A stretch of DNA of 64,000 nucleotides, taken from assembly GCA_034670305.1 (NCBI GenBank), contig JAXMNT010000006.1, positions 96,001-160,000 on the forward strand, given 5' to 3'. Origin of the DNA: Deltaproteobacteria bacterium. Lineage in GTDB: Bacteria > Myxococcota_A > Polyangia > Polyangiales > Houyiibacteriaceae. This document shows positions 1 to 11,000 of this stretch, piece by piece. Numbering within the stretch: the first letter of the stretch is position 1; every line of letters begins with the position of its first letter. Below the pieces are notes generated by a model. It was not told where the DNA came from. It searched no databases and worked only from the letters and a program-made list of their open reading frames with translations. The position numbers were made by a program, and so were the translations under genes.

Positions 1-607
1 GTGTTCCCCTGCAGTGAGACCGGCCGAGGTCGCGTCGCCGGAGTCGTCGTCGTCGGCGCCCGAAGTTCCTCCGCAAGCCGAGCCTGAAACTGCGTTCCTC
101 TACATCGGATCCCACGTCGAGATGGCGGTCCGCGATGGCCAAGCCTCCGCCATCCAGTTTCGCGTCTCACCCTCCGACCAACCCGTCTATCCAGGAGAGG
201 TCTCGCTCGAAGACTTCGAGCCCTTCGATGTGCGCGGCTCCGGACGCATCGAACTCCCAGACGGTCGGTGGCTCGTGCAGCTCGGCCTGCCGATGGGCAT
301 CGACGTCGCTTCAAGCACCGACGAAGACTGGGAAGGCATCCCAGACGCCTGCGGACCGGAGATGGCCTGCGAGGCCGCCGCCATCGTGCTCTACGACCCC
401 ACGGGCGACGACGCGCGCATCGTCCACGGCGACGAAACGCAAGTCGAACACGACAACTGGGACGTGCTCGGCACCTTCCAAGACGGATCCGAACTCGGCC
501 TCGTCGCCGGCCACTACATCCTCGGCAACGACGAGATCATCGTCACCCGCATCCGAGCCAACGAACTGCTGAGACAACAGATCCACCACTACGTCTCCGG
601 CGGCTGA
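1..607 (+). CDS. Hypothetical protein, probably a lipoprotein starting before the window (5' partial)
   Basis: Frame of ORF 14..607 is open back to base 2 (C-S-P-A-V-R..., possible lipobox Cys followed by an S/P/E-rich linker); GC3-biased codons. Confidence 0.6.
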   Translation, partial: CSPAVRPAEVASPESSSSAPEVPPQAEPETAFLYIGSHVEMAVRDGQASAIQFRVSPSDQPVYPGEVSLEDFEPFDVRGSGRIELPDGRWLVQLGLPMGIDVASSTDEDWEGIPDACGPEMACEAAAIVLYDPTGDDARIVHGDETQVEHDNWDVLGTFQDGSELGLVAGHYILGNDEIIVTRIRANELLRQQIHHYVSGG

Positions 608-767
608 CCCATGACACGGCCCAACTGACGTGATTCGAAGACGACTGGCTCGCCGTCGATGAGTTGGGACAGTGCATGTGCACCTCGTCGGGGAAAAAAG
701 GTCAGACGTGGGAAGAACAGGCAGCGCTGGAGTTGCCAATGCTCGCATGTTGAGCCAGTACAGCGAC

Positions 768-1559
768 ATGAAACGGGCGACTTGTGGTTTCTTGGCTTTG
801 GTTGCGCTTGGTGGATGTGCTTCCGCTTCTATGAGGAACATCAGCGCGGGTCATATTGGGTGTCGCGCCTCGGAGATCCAGATTGAGAGCAAGCGAAGAG
901 GCTGGGCCACCTCGACATGGGTCGCGGTTTGCCGAGGGCAGCGTTTTCAATGTTCTGGGAGCTCGAGCAACACGCAGTGTGCGCCGGTGGGCGGAACCGT
1001 GGCGAGCGGACACGCCAGCACTCCGCAACCGGCTCCTGCGCCTCAACCTGCAGCCCAACCCGCGAACGTCACGCGGCCATCCGATGCGATCACTCGGGAG
1101 GTCGTGGGGGGAGATCCCACACTGATCGCGAGGATGTCGTTCGGCGACATTCGACTTGGTTTGGGAGTTCGCCCGCTGTCTCATCCGGAGACGGTTTGGC
1201 TAAGAGCGACGAACGGAAGCGCGCCACCGACTGGATGCCGTTTGCAGTTGATGGTCGATGGCACGCTGGTCGGTGTCGGAGCCATCAGCGTCGAGGGGCT
1301 GGAAGTCGTGGCGACTGCCGAGGCGGCACGGGTCGCTCGAATCGCGGACGCGAACCGGGTGGTCGGGCGCTACTGCGGGCAAGAGTTTCGATTTACGGAT
1401 CACCATCGAGCCATCGTCGCGGAGCTTCGGGTACGGTTCACCGAGGAACGATCCTTTGCGGAGAGTCAGACCGCGGAGACGCCCACGCAACCGCCACAGC
1501 AACCACAGCAAGACGGAGCCGCAGCTGCGGCCGAGGTCGAGAGCGCGGCGCCGAACTGA
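768..1559 (+). CDS. Hypothetical lipoprotein
   Basis: ATG at 768 gives MKRATCGFLALVALGGC (signal peptide II/lipobox), a small Cys domain, a P/Q linker and a second domain; AT-richer than flanks. Confidence 0.65.
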   Translation: MKRATCGFLALVALGGCASASMRNISAGHIGCRASEIQIESKRRGWATSTWVAVCRGQRFQCSGSSSNTQCAPVGGTVASGHASTPQPAPAPQPAAQPANVTRPSDAITREVVGGDPTLIARMSFGDIRLGLGVRPLSHPETVWLRATNGSAPPTGCRLQLMVDGTLVGVGAISVEGLEVVATAEAARVARIADANRVVGRYCGQEFRFTDHHRAIVAELRVRFTEERSFAESQTAETPTQPPQQPQQDGAAAAAEVESAAPN

Positions 1560-1660
1560 AGCCAGACACCCACGAGAACCGACGGCCGAGGCGTTTCTTC
1601 GCCAACGCCAGAGCAACGTGGGCGGGACCCCTCACCGGCATTTGTTAGGCTGAAGAGCCG

Positions 1661-2314
1661 GTGTTCATTCAGGTCACAACCAGACACTTTTCCTTGGGGG
1701 CACAGCCCCCAAACCCCGTCCCGGTGACACCGCTGGCTCGCTTCGCGAGGCTGCACGCTGTCGAGTATTTCGGGGCCGTTCTTGTGGGGAGCGTGTTGGT
1801 CTGCGGCGGCGTCGCGGGGTGTGCGTCGTGGGAAGCCGACCCGCGGGTGACCGCTGAAGTCTGCGAGTACGGCGAGCGCACCAGAATGGACCTCCGGCCC
1901 ACACCGGGGTTCGAAGGGTGCCGCGACGACTCGGAGTGCACCGAAGGCGTCGAGGGCCGCTGCACCAAGGTCGCGCTCAACCGGGGCGTCTGCACCTACC
2001 ACGACTGCCGCACGAACGAGGACTGCGCGGCGAACGAGCGCTGCGTCTGCGCCGCGGATCCCGACGGCCGCAACCGCTGCCTCGCGGACGACTGCGACTG
2101 CCCCGACAGCGACTGCGCGGTGGTCGTCGGATGCGGCAGTGGTGCGGGCGGCGTGCCAGTCGCCGAAGGCCTCGAGTGCCGGTCGCGCCGCGACCGCTGC
2201 ACCCACGACGACGAATGCGCCGAAGGCGAGTTCTGCACCCCGTACGAAGACGACACCCGGGACCGCGCCCGATGTTTTCGGTGCGAACGCGTCCAGTGCA
2301 ACGACTACCTTTAG
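1661..2314 (+). CDS. Cys-rich lipoprotein (start uncertain; N-terminus contains the 70-bp repeat element)
   Basis: Hydrophobic stretch ending VAGC, then repeated C-x2-D-x2-C modules. Confidence 0.6.
   Translation: MFIQVTTRHFSLGAQPPNPVPVTPLARFARLHAVEYFGAVLVGSVLVCGGVAGCASWEADPRVTAEVCEYGERTRMDLRPTPGFEGCRDDSECTEGVEGRCTKVALNRGVCTYHDCRTNEDCAANERCVCAADPDGRNRCLADDCDCPDSDCAVVVGCGSGAGGVPVAEGLECRSRRDRCTHDDECAEGEFCTPYEDDTRDRARCFRCERVQCNDYL
1693..1763. repeat. ~70-bp hairpin-containing dispersed element, copy 1
   Basis: Matches 13215..13284 with 2 substitutions and 1 indel; internal GGGGGC-ACA-GCCCCC hairpin. Confidence 0.9.
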
Positions 2315-2380
2315 ACATGGCACAACGGGATCCCGACCCCGTGAGCACCTGGGAGCTTTCGGAACGTCGAGGCAGCACGT

Positions 2381-2861
2381 CTACGGACGGGCGGTTGTCG
2401 ACTCCGGTCGCAGGACGGACCGCCAAGCGGCGGCGCTGGTCAGGGCGGCGCCCGCGAACAGGAGCAGCACGGGCCAGCCGGGGGAGCGGCTTCGCGAGCT
2501 CGGCGTCGGCGTCGAGAGATCCGCGAACGATGCGCGCTTCGTGCAGGGTGCGCTCGGCGCGAACGGTGTCGCGAGGGGGTGTGCTTCGACCGAGGCGGTT
2601 CCACGAAAGCCGTTCTCTTCCTTGAGGACGACGTGTCCGTCCGCGCTGCCGCGCACGATTCGAAAGACGTTGTTCTGACCCCCGCGCACGCTCCACGCGT
2701 CGATGTGGGCATCGACGGACTCGGCGTCGTCGGGCAGCCCTTCCACCACGAACGTCGCCTGCGTCGCGTGGCGGCCGAGCTGGACGGATGCGGCGCCGAG
2801 GCGGGCGCGTGCCCCAGCGCTCTGCAGCTCGATGCCTTCCCGCAGCGCGTCGACCACGCCC
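2381..2861 (-). pseudogene. 3' part of a secreted, C-terminally membrane-anchored protein split by an inversion (5' part at 3134..3370 +)
   Basis: GVVDALREGIEL...WPVLLLFAGAALTSAAAWR reads as the continuation of ...LDVPTYER on the opposite strand. Confidence 0.7.
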
Positions 2862-3137
2862 GTGCTCGATGCGTTTGGCATCACGGACGTCGCGTGCGCG
2901 GACATCCCGCAGCAGTCGAGCGGGCTCGTCGGATTCGCCAAGGATGGCTACCCCATCTACGCACCGCTCGAAGACGGCTCGGTGCCCACCGGTCTCGACG
3001 CCTGCAACGGCACGTTCGGAGTCACCGCCGAGTACCCGGACGGCGTGTACCACTACTACGCGCTGAACGAGACCGCGCCGAACCTACCGACCTGCATCTC
3101 CGGCGCATCGGTCCGCAACCCGATGAGCGTGGAGTGA
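2862..3137 (+). pseudogene. C-terminal part of a YHYH-domain protein (inside the inverted segment)
   Basis: GFAKDGYPIY...LDACNG...EYPDGVYHYY motifs typical of YHYH proteins; no cognate start. Confidence 0.8.
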
Positions 3138-3370
3138 AGGCACGCGCCATCACGGGACTCGTCGTGTTGCTGCTCTTGGGGAGCGCACTTAGCGCACGGG
3201 CGCACGTGCCGAACATCGCGACGTTCCTCCTGGTGCATGAGCGCAGCGAGGCGGGCGGTGAAGGATGGCGGCTTCAGGTGCACCTCTCGACCGACGGCAT
3301 GCATCAAGCGCTCAGGCTGCGACACCCGGACGAGTCCCTGTCCACGCTCGATGTGCCGACTTACGAGCGC
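3134..3370 (+). pseudogene. 5' part (signal peptide plus N-terminus) of the gene split by the inversion
   Basis: GTG start overlaps the YHYH TGA (GTGA coupling); MKARAITGLVVLLLLGSALSARA-H signal peptide; frame turns Arg-rich and non-protein-like after 3370. Confidence 0.7.
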
Positions 3371-3592
3371 CGACTGGGTGTTGGTCGGCGTGAAGTGCCA
3401 GTGCCAGTAGCCGGCCGGGTCCGCGTGTCCACCGCATGGATCGAGCGAGGGGATGCCGCCGCCGCTTGCCCCGGGGATCGGAGGCCCGTCGACCACCGAA
3501 GGCGGGTGGCCCGTGAGCGGCATGCCGTCCTCGACCGCGACCCCGTAGAGCTCCACGACGTCGATCTCGTTCGGCGTGTCGAGTCTCCCACC
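3371..3592 (-). pseudogene. Middle part of the YHYH-domain protein; N-terminal part missing
   Basis: ELYGVAVEDG...LDPCGGHADPAGYWHWHF motif; joins in frame to 2862..3137 once the inversion is undone. Confidence 0.75.
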
Positions 3593-4621
3593 TCAGTCGG
3601 AAGCGGCCGGCGGTGCCGGGCTCAACCAGACGTCCGTCGCGGGGTCGTACCGCCAGGTCGCGTCGCCGCTCGCGTCGACCGGGTCGATTTCGTACGTGTT
3701 CGGGTCGTCGCTCGCGCCACCGCTCGTGTGCACGACCAGATCCCGGTGACCGTCTCCGTCCACATCGCGCGGCTGCACGCGCCGCTGGATCTCCGTGTCG
3801 GGCATCTGGTGTCCGCCGCTGTCTTCCGCGCGCACGACCTGCGCTTGCATCACCAGCGAGTCCGCGTCGAGAAACCACTGCCGGTGCCGGGTGTCCATCC
3901 AGTCGGCGCCTCCGTCCATGGTGTCGAGCCTCAGCGCGAGCTCCCGCCGCCCGTCGTCGTCGAGGTCCTGCAGGTGCCGGATGCGGATGCGTTGCAACCC
4001 GCTGGTGTGCGTCTCACTCGCCCGATCGAACGTCGGCGTGGCCGCGCCCGCGGGCTGACTGAAGCGGAGCACGTGGACGTTCACCTGGCTGGGATCCCCG
4101 AGGATGGATTCGCTCAGATCGTCGCACGCCCACTCCGTCTCACAGCCCTCCATGGCGCGTTCGTGCCGTGCCAGCAGCGCCCGCACCGCGTCGTCGCCAC
4201 CCGCCGCCCGCGTCGCCGCAAACTTCGCAGCCCATCCGTCGAGTGCCACCACCACCAACGTCACCCGCCCCGAATCGCCAGCGAGGGTCGCCACCCGCAC
4301 GATCGCGCGGTGCCTGTCGGGCTCCGGCTCCCGCTCGAGCCCCGTCCGGTAAGGCAGCCGCGCGGCGACCAGCGCCGCGAGTGCGTCATCCAGCGGCGCC
4401 GAAGTCGACTCCACTTCGAGCGCGCCGGTGGCCGACACCAACACCCCGGTGTCGTCTGGCGCGCCGCCTTCGGGCGCCGTCTCCGGTGCGGCCGCGGGCG
4501 CGACCTCAGGCACGGGCGCAGCCTCCGGCGCGACAGCCTCCACGGGCGCCGGCTCGGCCGGCTCGTTCTCCCCCGAACACCCCAATCCAACCCACACCGC
4601 AAACATCCAAACGCGCCGCAT
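3593..4621 (-). CDS. Hypothetical lipoprotein with DxDxDG (FG-GAP/VCBS-like) motifs
   Basis: MRRVWMFAVWVGLGC lipobox, P/E/A linker, DLDDDGRREL and DVDGDGHRDL motifs. Confidence 0.75.
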   Translation of the reverse strand: MRRVWMFAVWVGLGCSGENEPAEPAPVEAVAPEAAPVPEVAPAAAPETAPEGGAPDDTGVLVSATGALEVESTSAPLDDALAALVAARLPYRTGLEREPEPDRHRAIVRVATLAGDSGRVTLVVVALDGWAAKFAATRAAGGDDAVRALLARHERAMEGCETEWACDDLSESILGDPSQVNVHVLRFSQPAGAATPTFDRASETHTSGLQRIRIRHLQDLDDDGRRELALRLDTMDGGADWMDTRHRQWFLDADSLVMQAQVVRAEDSGGHQMPDTEIQRRVQPRDVDGDGHRDLVVHTSGGASDDPNTYEIDPVDASGDATWRYDPATDVWLSPAPPAASD

Positions 4622-4722
4622 GGCGCAAGACTACCCCACGCCGTCGCGCATCTCGGTCGGTCACCGACGAACACGCGAAGGGCGTTCCTTCACCGTCGTG
4701 GCGTGGGAAGGTAGGCTCACCC

Positions 4723-7700
4723 ATGCGAAGTCCCCGGTGGTTGCCCCTCGTCGTCGTCCTCCTTTTTGCCGCGTGTGGTGACGACGGTCCCGTGGGCGGC
4801 GATGGCGGGCCCGGCTGCCCTGATGCGGGCTGTGACGACGGGCTCTTCTGCAATGGTCCCGAGTCGTGCGTCGATGGGGCGTGTGTTGTGGGGGCCCCTC
4901 CCTGCGCGGCCGAGATGTGCGTCGAAGCTACGCGGACCTGTGAAGTCTCGGAATGCGACGCGGACGGCGACGGACGGGACGCGACCTCCTGCGGCGGCGA
5001 CGACTGCGACGATGCGGATCCGGACCGCTTCCCCGGCAACATCGAGGTGTGCGACGCGGAGGGCCACGACGAAGATTGCGACCCGGCGACCCTTGGCACC
5101 GACCGCGACGGAGACGGCTTCGTGAGCGTCGATTGCTGCAACGGCAGCGAGTGTGGGCTCGACTGCGACGACACGCTCCGAGGCTCGTTCCCCGGCAGCA
5201 CTGAGACCTGCAACGGAAACGACGACGACTGCGACGGGGCGATCGACGAAGGTGTGCTGCGGAACTTCTACCCGGATCTCGACGGCGATGGTTTCGGGGA
5301 CGAGAGCGCGACGCCCATCACCGCGTGTATGCCTCCGGCCGACCACGTCGAAGACGACCGCGACTGCGACGACGAGGAGGTGCTCTCCAACCCGGGCACC
5401 AGCGAAGGCTGCGACGGAATCGACAACGACTGCGATGGCGCCGTCGACGAAGCCGGGGTGGTCCGCTGGTACCGCGATGTTGACGGGGACGGGTTCGGCG
5501 ACGCCGGCGACTTCATCGACATCGAGGGCTGCGAGGTGCCGCCCGGCCGGGTGCTGCCCATGACCGACTGCGACGATGCCTTGGACACCACCCACCCGGG
5601 CGCGGAGGAATCCTGCGACCGCATCGACTCGGACTGCAGCTTCGTGGCCGACCGCGGCGGCGTCGACCCCGGCGAAGACCGGGACGGAGACATGCACGCA
5701 CCCCTGGGCGCGATCTGCCCGGGCGGCGGCTACCCGACCGACGACTGCGACGATCTAGACCCGGCGGCCTTTCCCGGCCAACGCGAGATCTGCAGCGGAA
5801 GCGACCAGGACTGCGACGGCACCGTGGACGAAGGCGGCGCGCTGTACTGCGGGCACGCCACTCGGTGCGACGCGGGAAGCTGCGTCTCCGAGCGGCAGAT
5901 CTCCGGCTGGAACGGCGGTGAGACCTTCGTGCTGACCGGACCCTTCACGGGGTTCGGCGTCGACCACCATGCGTGGGAGATGTGCGTCTTGCGCGACGGG
6001 GTGCCGCACTGCTTTGGCAACCGCTGCGGTGGGGACAGCGGGTTCGTCGGCGTCACGTGCGAAGGCACGAACGCGCCCATCGGAGTGCATCCGTTCCGAG
6101 CGGTGCGTCACCCCGAATGGCCGGCAGGCACGATGGCGGAGGAGATCGCCGTCGGACTGGATCACACCTGCGCACGCGTTGCGGGACGCGTGCTCTGCTG
6201 GGGCGACAACAGCGCTGGGCAACTGGGAGACGGCACGACGACAGCATCGAGTGCGCCCGTCGCGGTGGCCCTGCCGGCCGACGATGCCGTCGCGCTAAGC
6301 GCGGGCGACCACTTCAGCTGCGCCATTCGCCGAGACCGCACGGTGGCCTGTTGGGGGACCGGCGAAGAGCGTGCGCTCGGCAGCCCCATCAGCGGGTTCT
6401 CGAGCGAGCCTGTCGCGGTGCCCGGCATTGCCGGTGCGATCGCGATTGCGAGCGGCCGCCGGCATACGTGCGTTCGGCACGACGACGAATCGATCTCCTG
6501 CTGGGGCGCCAACAACCGCGGGCAGGTCGGGACGTCTGCCAGCGAGTTCGAGCTGCCGGCCGAGGTGGTGGGCCTCTCGGGCGTCCGTGCGCTCAGTGCC
6601 GGAACAGAATCGACGTGTGTGCTGCTCGCCACGGGACAAGTGCAGTGCCTCGGAAACGCGTTCATCCCGGACATCACGCGCGCCGACCTCGTCGACGTCG
6701 CGGCCAGCCGAGAGGGAGCGATCGCGCGCGCCAGCGACGGTCGGGTGGAAGGCTACGGCAGCGCACGCAATGGGCTTCAGGCGGTCGACCCGATCCCGGA
6801 CGACGGCGGCACCGATGAGGCAGTCGTGGCGGGCGTCGGCGCCGAACAGGTGGCCGTGAGCGCCAAAGTCGCCTGTGCGCTCCAGTCCGACGGGAGCGTT
6901 CACTGCTGGGGCGACGTCGACGGCCGCTTCGTCGACTTCGTCCCTGGAAATGCCAGCGGCTTCGTAGAGGTCGCCTCTACTTTCCAGCTCGGATGTGGTC
7001 GCACGGCCGCCGGCCGGGTCTCGTGCTGGGGCGGGCTCGCATCCAGCCGATACCTCGCGCCCGTGGACATGGGGCTGAGCGACGTGGTCTCGATCCAAGC
7101 GGCCGGCATGATGGCGTGTGCGCTCTCGTCGGCGGGCAACCTCGACTGCTGGGGCCGCGGGCCCTTCCAATTCGACACGGTGTCCAGTCTGACCAGCTTC
7201 GACCCGGTCCGCGTGATGGGCATTCAAGCCCGGCTCTTCGCGATGGACGGGCAGGAGTCCTCCCAGGCGACCCTCTGTGCCGTCCGCCCCGACGAGACGC
7301 TGGTGTGCTGGGGAGACAGCATGGACGACGCCGGTGAGGAGGTGGCCATTCCGACGGGGACGGCGCGGATCGAGCGCTTGGCCATCGCGAACCGCGAGGG
7401 TGGATGCGTGGTGGCCGGAGGTGCGGTGCTCTGCTTCGGAAGCCCGACCGATACCCACCCTGGCATGCCTGACGGCGCGGTCAGCGATGCACTCACGCCG
7501 GTTCCCGGCATCACCGACGCGGTCGACGTCGCCATCGGTCAGCGACACATCTGCGTGGCGCACGCGACCGGCGCGGTCTCTTGCTGGGGCAGCGACGCGA
7601 ACGACCAGTTCGGCGACGTGGGCTTCTCTGCGGAGACGAACGTGCCGCAGAACGTTCTGGGACTCAGCGGCGTGGTCGAGATCGACGCGGGGGGCACCGG

Positions 7701-7953
7701 GACCTGCGCGCGCAACGCGGCGGGCGAGGTGCGGTGCTGGGGCGACCTGCTCTCCTGGAACCGGCCCCCGAGCGGTCGGATTGCGGTGGGCCACGAAGTC
7801 CCCACCCACTTGCCGGGCGCGGACGGAGCCACGCAAGTCGTGGTCACCCTCAACGGCGCGGCCGCCCTCGTCGACGGCACCGTCGCGGGCATGGGCCGCA
7901 ACGCCGAAGAACGCTTCGGCTTCGGCCGCCTCATCCCCGTCACACTTCCCTGA
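4723..7953 (+). CDS. Large lipoprotein: MopE-type Cys/Asp metal-binding repeats followed by RCC1/BLIP-II-like beta-propeller repeats
   Basis: MRSPRWLPLVVVLLFAAC lipobox; repeated DCDD...PG..E.CD..D.DCDG.VDE; repeated H[TF][CS].....G.V.CWG.N..GQ. Confidence 0.88.
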   Translation: MRSPRWLPLVVVLLFAACGDDGPVGGDGGPGCPDAGCDDGLFCNGPESCVDGACVVGAPPCAAEMCVEATRTCEVSECDADGDGRDATSCGGDDCDDADPDRFPGNIEVCDAEGHDEDCDPATLGTDRDGDGFVSVDCCNGSECGLDCDDTLRGSFPGSTETCNGNDDDCDGAIDEGVLRNFYPDLDGDGFGDESATPITACMPPADHVEDDRDCDDEEVLSNPGTSEGCDGIDNDCDGAVDEAGVVRWYRDVDGDGFGDAGDFIDIEGCEVPPGRVLPMTDCDDALDTTHPGAEESCDRIDSDCSFVADRGGVDPGEDRDGDMHAPLGAICPGGGYPTDDCDDLDPAAFPGQREICSGSDQDCDGTVDEGGALYCGHATRCDAGSCVSERQISGWNGGETFVLTGPFTGFGVDHHAWEMCVLRDGVPHCFGNRCGGDSGFVGVTCEGTNAPIGVHPFRAVRHPEWPAGTMAEEIAVGLDHTCARVAGRVLCWGDNSAGQLGDGTTTASSAPVAVALPADDAVALSAGDHFSCAIRRDRTVACWGTGEERALGSPISGFSSEPVAVPGIAGAIAIASGRRHTCVRHDDESISCWGANNRGQVGTSASEFELPAEVVGLSGVRALSAGTESTCVLLATGQVQCLGNAFIPDITRADLVDVAASREGAIARASDGRVEGYGSARNGLQAVDPIPDDGGTDEAVVAGVGAEQVAVSAKVACALQSDGSVHCWGDVDGRFVDFVPGNASGFVEVASTFQLGCGRTAAGRVSCWGGLASSRYLAPVDMGLSDVVSIQAAGMMACALSSAGNLDCWGRGPFQFDTVSSLTSFDPVRVMGIQARLFAMDGQESSQATLCAVRPDETLVCWGDSMDDAGEEVAIPTGTARIERLAIANREGGCVVAGGAVLCFGSPTDTHPGMPDGAVSDALTPVPGITDAVDVAIGQRHICVAHATGAVSCWGSDANDQFGDVGFSAETNVPQNVLGLSGVVEIDAGGTGTCARNAAGEVRCWGDLLSWNRPPSGRIAVGHEVPTHLPGADGATQVVVTLNGAAALVDGTVAGMGRNAEERFGFGRLIPVTLP

Positions 7954-8026
7954 CAGGCAGTTCTACGGGACTACGGATGGCCCACCGGTTCCCACCAGCA
8001 GTCCGGGGCCCGGATCCCTCAGCACC

Positions 8027-11000
8027 ATGGAGTACGGCGCGCTCTGCACCCAGAGCTGCGACCCACTGGACAACGGAAGCTTCGGTGACCCGGACATCTC
8101 CCGGACGCCCTACGACTCGGCCATCTTTGAAGACACGTGCGCGTGGGCGTTCGTCGACGGCCATGGGCGGGGCATCGACCAGGTCCTCCACAACGCACGC
8201 CCGGGCGTCTCCGGGACGGTGGAGGAGTACTACCGGCTCTGGACCGCCTACCGCGCGGACGGATCTGTGCTCTCGGTCACCCGCGCGGAGACCGCCACCA
8301 CGGATCCGGACGACCGCACCGCAGTCGTAGGCAGCGACGGCGAGTCCCACACCCTCACCCGCACCTTCCTCTACGACTCCCTCGGACGCCGCATCGCTGG
8401 CACCGATCCAGACAGCGACGGCCGGGGAGGTACGGAGGACGAACGTCGCTGGCGCTACCTCTACAGCCGCGTGGGCGATCTCGTCGCGGTGCGTGATCCC
8501 CGCGGTTGCGGCGCGAACTTCTACTACGACCGCGCTGGCCGTCTGCTCGGCGAGGACTACGTCACCTGCGGCGAAGCCCAGCACAGCTTCGAGGACCCAA
8601 ACGAGGCGCTCCCGGATACAGGCGCAGTCGGCCTCGGCAACCTCGAGATGCCCGGCCTGCAGCAGGTGGACGCGCGCTACTACTTCGACGTTGCGCCATC
8701 GTTCGCGACGGGCGACATGTCGCCGCCCTCCGGCACGAACTTCCTTGGCAGACTGACGGGCTCGAGCGACCGCGGGCAGCGCTCGGTCGTCGACTACGAC
8801 GATCGAGGAAGGGCCTATTGGTCCGCTCGCCAGATGGCGCTGCTCCCCGACGCGTTGACCATCCCCGCCACACTCAGCGGCGACGACCCTGTGCTCTACG
8901 ACGAAGGCGACCTAGGGAGCGTACCGCTGCGCGAATGGGACACCGAACACACCTACGTCTCGACCACGCTCTTCAACCGTTTGGACATGGTCGTCGATCG
9001 CACCTACCCGACCGACCCGGACTGGGATGGCGTCGGCACCGCGCCGGTTGTTCGCGGCACCATGCTCTACAACCGCCGCGGACTGCCCCAGCGTGCGGAA
9101 GTGCACCTCGACAGCTTCTCGCAGCGGGTGGTGGACAACAACTACGACGAGAACGGCCTGCTGCACATCGCGTACTTCGGAACGATTCCGGGCACGCTCG
9201 GCTACAACATCTACACGCTCATCGACTACGACGAGCGTCTGCGTCCCACGCGCTGGCGACACACCCGCCACCCCGACCTGCAGCAAGGCTCGTTGCCGGA
9301 ACTGACCGCGTACGGCGAGATCATCGACAACCGGTACTTCTGGGACGCGGCCAACAACTTGGCTTTGGTCCAGAACCGAAGTGCGAGCACCGCGGACGAA
9401 CAGGAGGCCCGCGACTATCTGGTCCACCAAGACGCGCTCTACCGCGTCAACATGATCGAGTACGAATACCGCCCCGAGACCGGTACCCCGGACAACGTCG
9501 CCGACGCCACCGACTGGCGCGACACCCAGGCGGCGAACATCGGCGCCGATCCCATGCGCCGCGAACCCGCGCCGATGTTGCCGACCATGGAGGCCGAGCG
9601 GGTCAAGACGCTCGAGTACCGGCACGACTGGCTCGCGAACCAGGTGTCGTGGATCGACGACACGCTCGGCACCAGCGGCGAAGGCAACTCCTTCTACGAG
9701 CGCAGCATCGGCCAAGAAGGCCAGCTCGTGAACGGCGCGGACGAAGACATCGGCGCGCTCCGGCCGGCCGCGCTCTACTTCTCCGCCCAGCTCCCGACCT
9801 CCGCACCAAGCTTCGACGCGGGCATCGACCGCGGCGGCTGGGTCGACCTCGAGTACGGCGAGAGCGGCAACGTCGAGGAGATGACCGTGCGCGCCCGCTG
9901 CCACGACGCGAGCGCGATGGACGTCTGCTACGACGACACGTCGCTGGCGCTCAGCAGCCGCGAAACCCACGCCATCGCCCACTGCCGCTGCGACCGAGAG
10001 CAGCACTACCAGTACCGCTGGGACGAACTGAACCGCTTGGCAGAAGCCCGCCGCTACGACCGAGCCGGGACGGGCGTCTGGACCTTGGAGGCGAGGCAGC
10101 GCTACCGCTACGACGCCGGCAACGTCCGCACCGTCAAGCTCACGTCATCGGGAGGCATCGACCGAGCGTCGCTCTACGTGTTGCCCGGCGACTTCGAGCG
10201 ACGCGGCGTCGCGGTCGATCGCGACGTCATGTTGGGCGACGCCTGGCGACCGGCCGCAGGCGTCAACGCCGAGTCGCAGTACCTGGTGGCCGGCGCGCGC
10301 GTCGTTTGGAAACACGACATGCCGCTGGGGAGTGGTGGGAGCGGCTTCGAGACCGACGCGCGGATCACGGTGCCGTTGCCGGATCTCTTGCAGACGACGG
10401 TAGCGACCGTGGACCTGATCAGCGGCGAGCTGCTCGAGGTCGGCACGTTCTACCCGTCCGGGAACCGGGAGACGCTGCGGGGCCGCGACAGCAGCGGGGA
10501 CGGGCAGACGTTCCAGCTGGAGCCGATGGGGTTCACCGGGAAGGAAGGCGACGACGAGGTCGGGCTGGTCTACTTCGGGGAGCGGTATCTGATGCCGCAT
10601 CTGGGGCGGTGGGCCAGTGCGGACCCGTTGCAGGTGCATGCCGGTGGCGGTGGGGAGTTTGGGAACTCGTTCCACTACGTCGCAGGCAACTTGCTGCAGG
10701 CGCGAGACCCGACTGGTCTGGACTTCACGGAGGCAGGCAACGACTCCGAAGGCAACGCACAGTTCGTAGGGAGTTGGGAGAACGCGCAAGGCGAGCGAGT
10801 CGCAACGGAAGTTTGCTCGGGCGCTGCAGGGGCCTGCTTGAACCAGTTTCAAGACCAGGCGTTCCGTTCTGGATTCACGAGTCAGTATGACGCACTTGTT
10901 CAGGCGTTTGCAGACTTACAGTCGGCGATAAGTAGGATCGACGATCCTAACGTGCGCGCCATGCTCCTGACTAGCGCGGCTCAGGCAATGGCGCATGGAA

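Noticed and set aside
3593-3595. Selenocysteine/readthrough TGA fusing the lipoprotein to the in-frame YHYH fragment
   Set aside because: No SECIS-like hairpin that I can support; the YHYH part starts mid-domain, so truncation is the simpler explanation
2579-4714. 711-aa ORF and other long Arg/Pro-rich ORFs (e.g. 22679-25843, 32220-35822, 41064-43565, 8506-10890)
   Set aside because: Shadow or alternative frames of real genes in high-GC DNA; only 3134-3370 of the first looks coding
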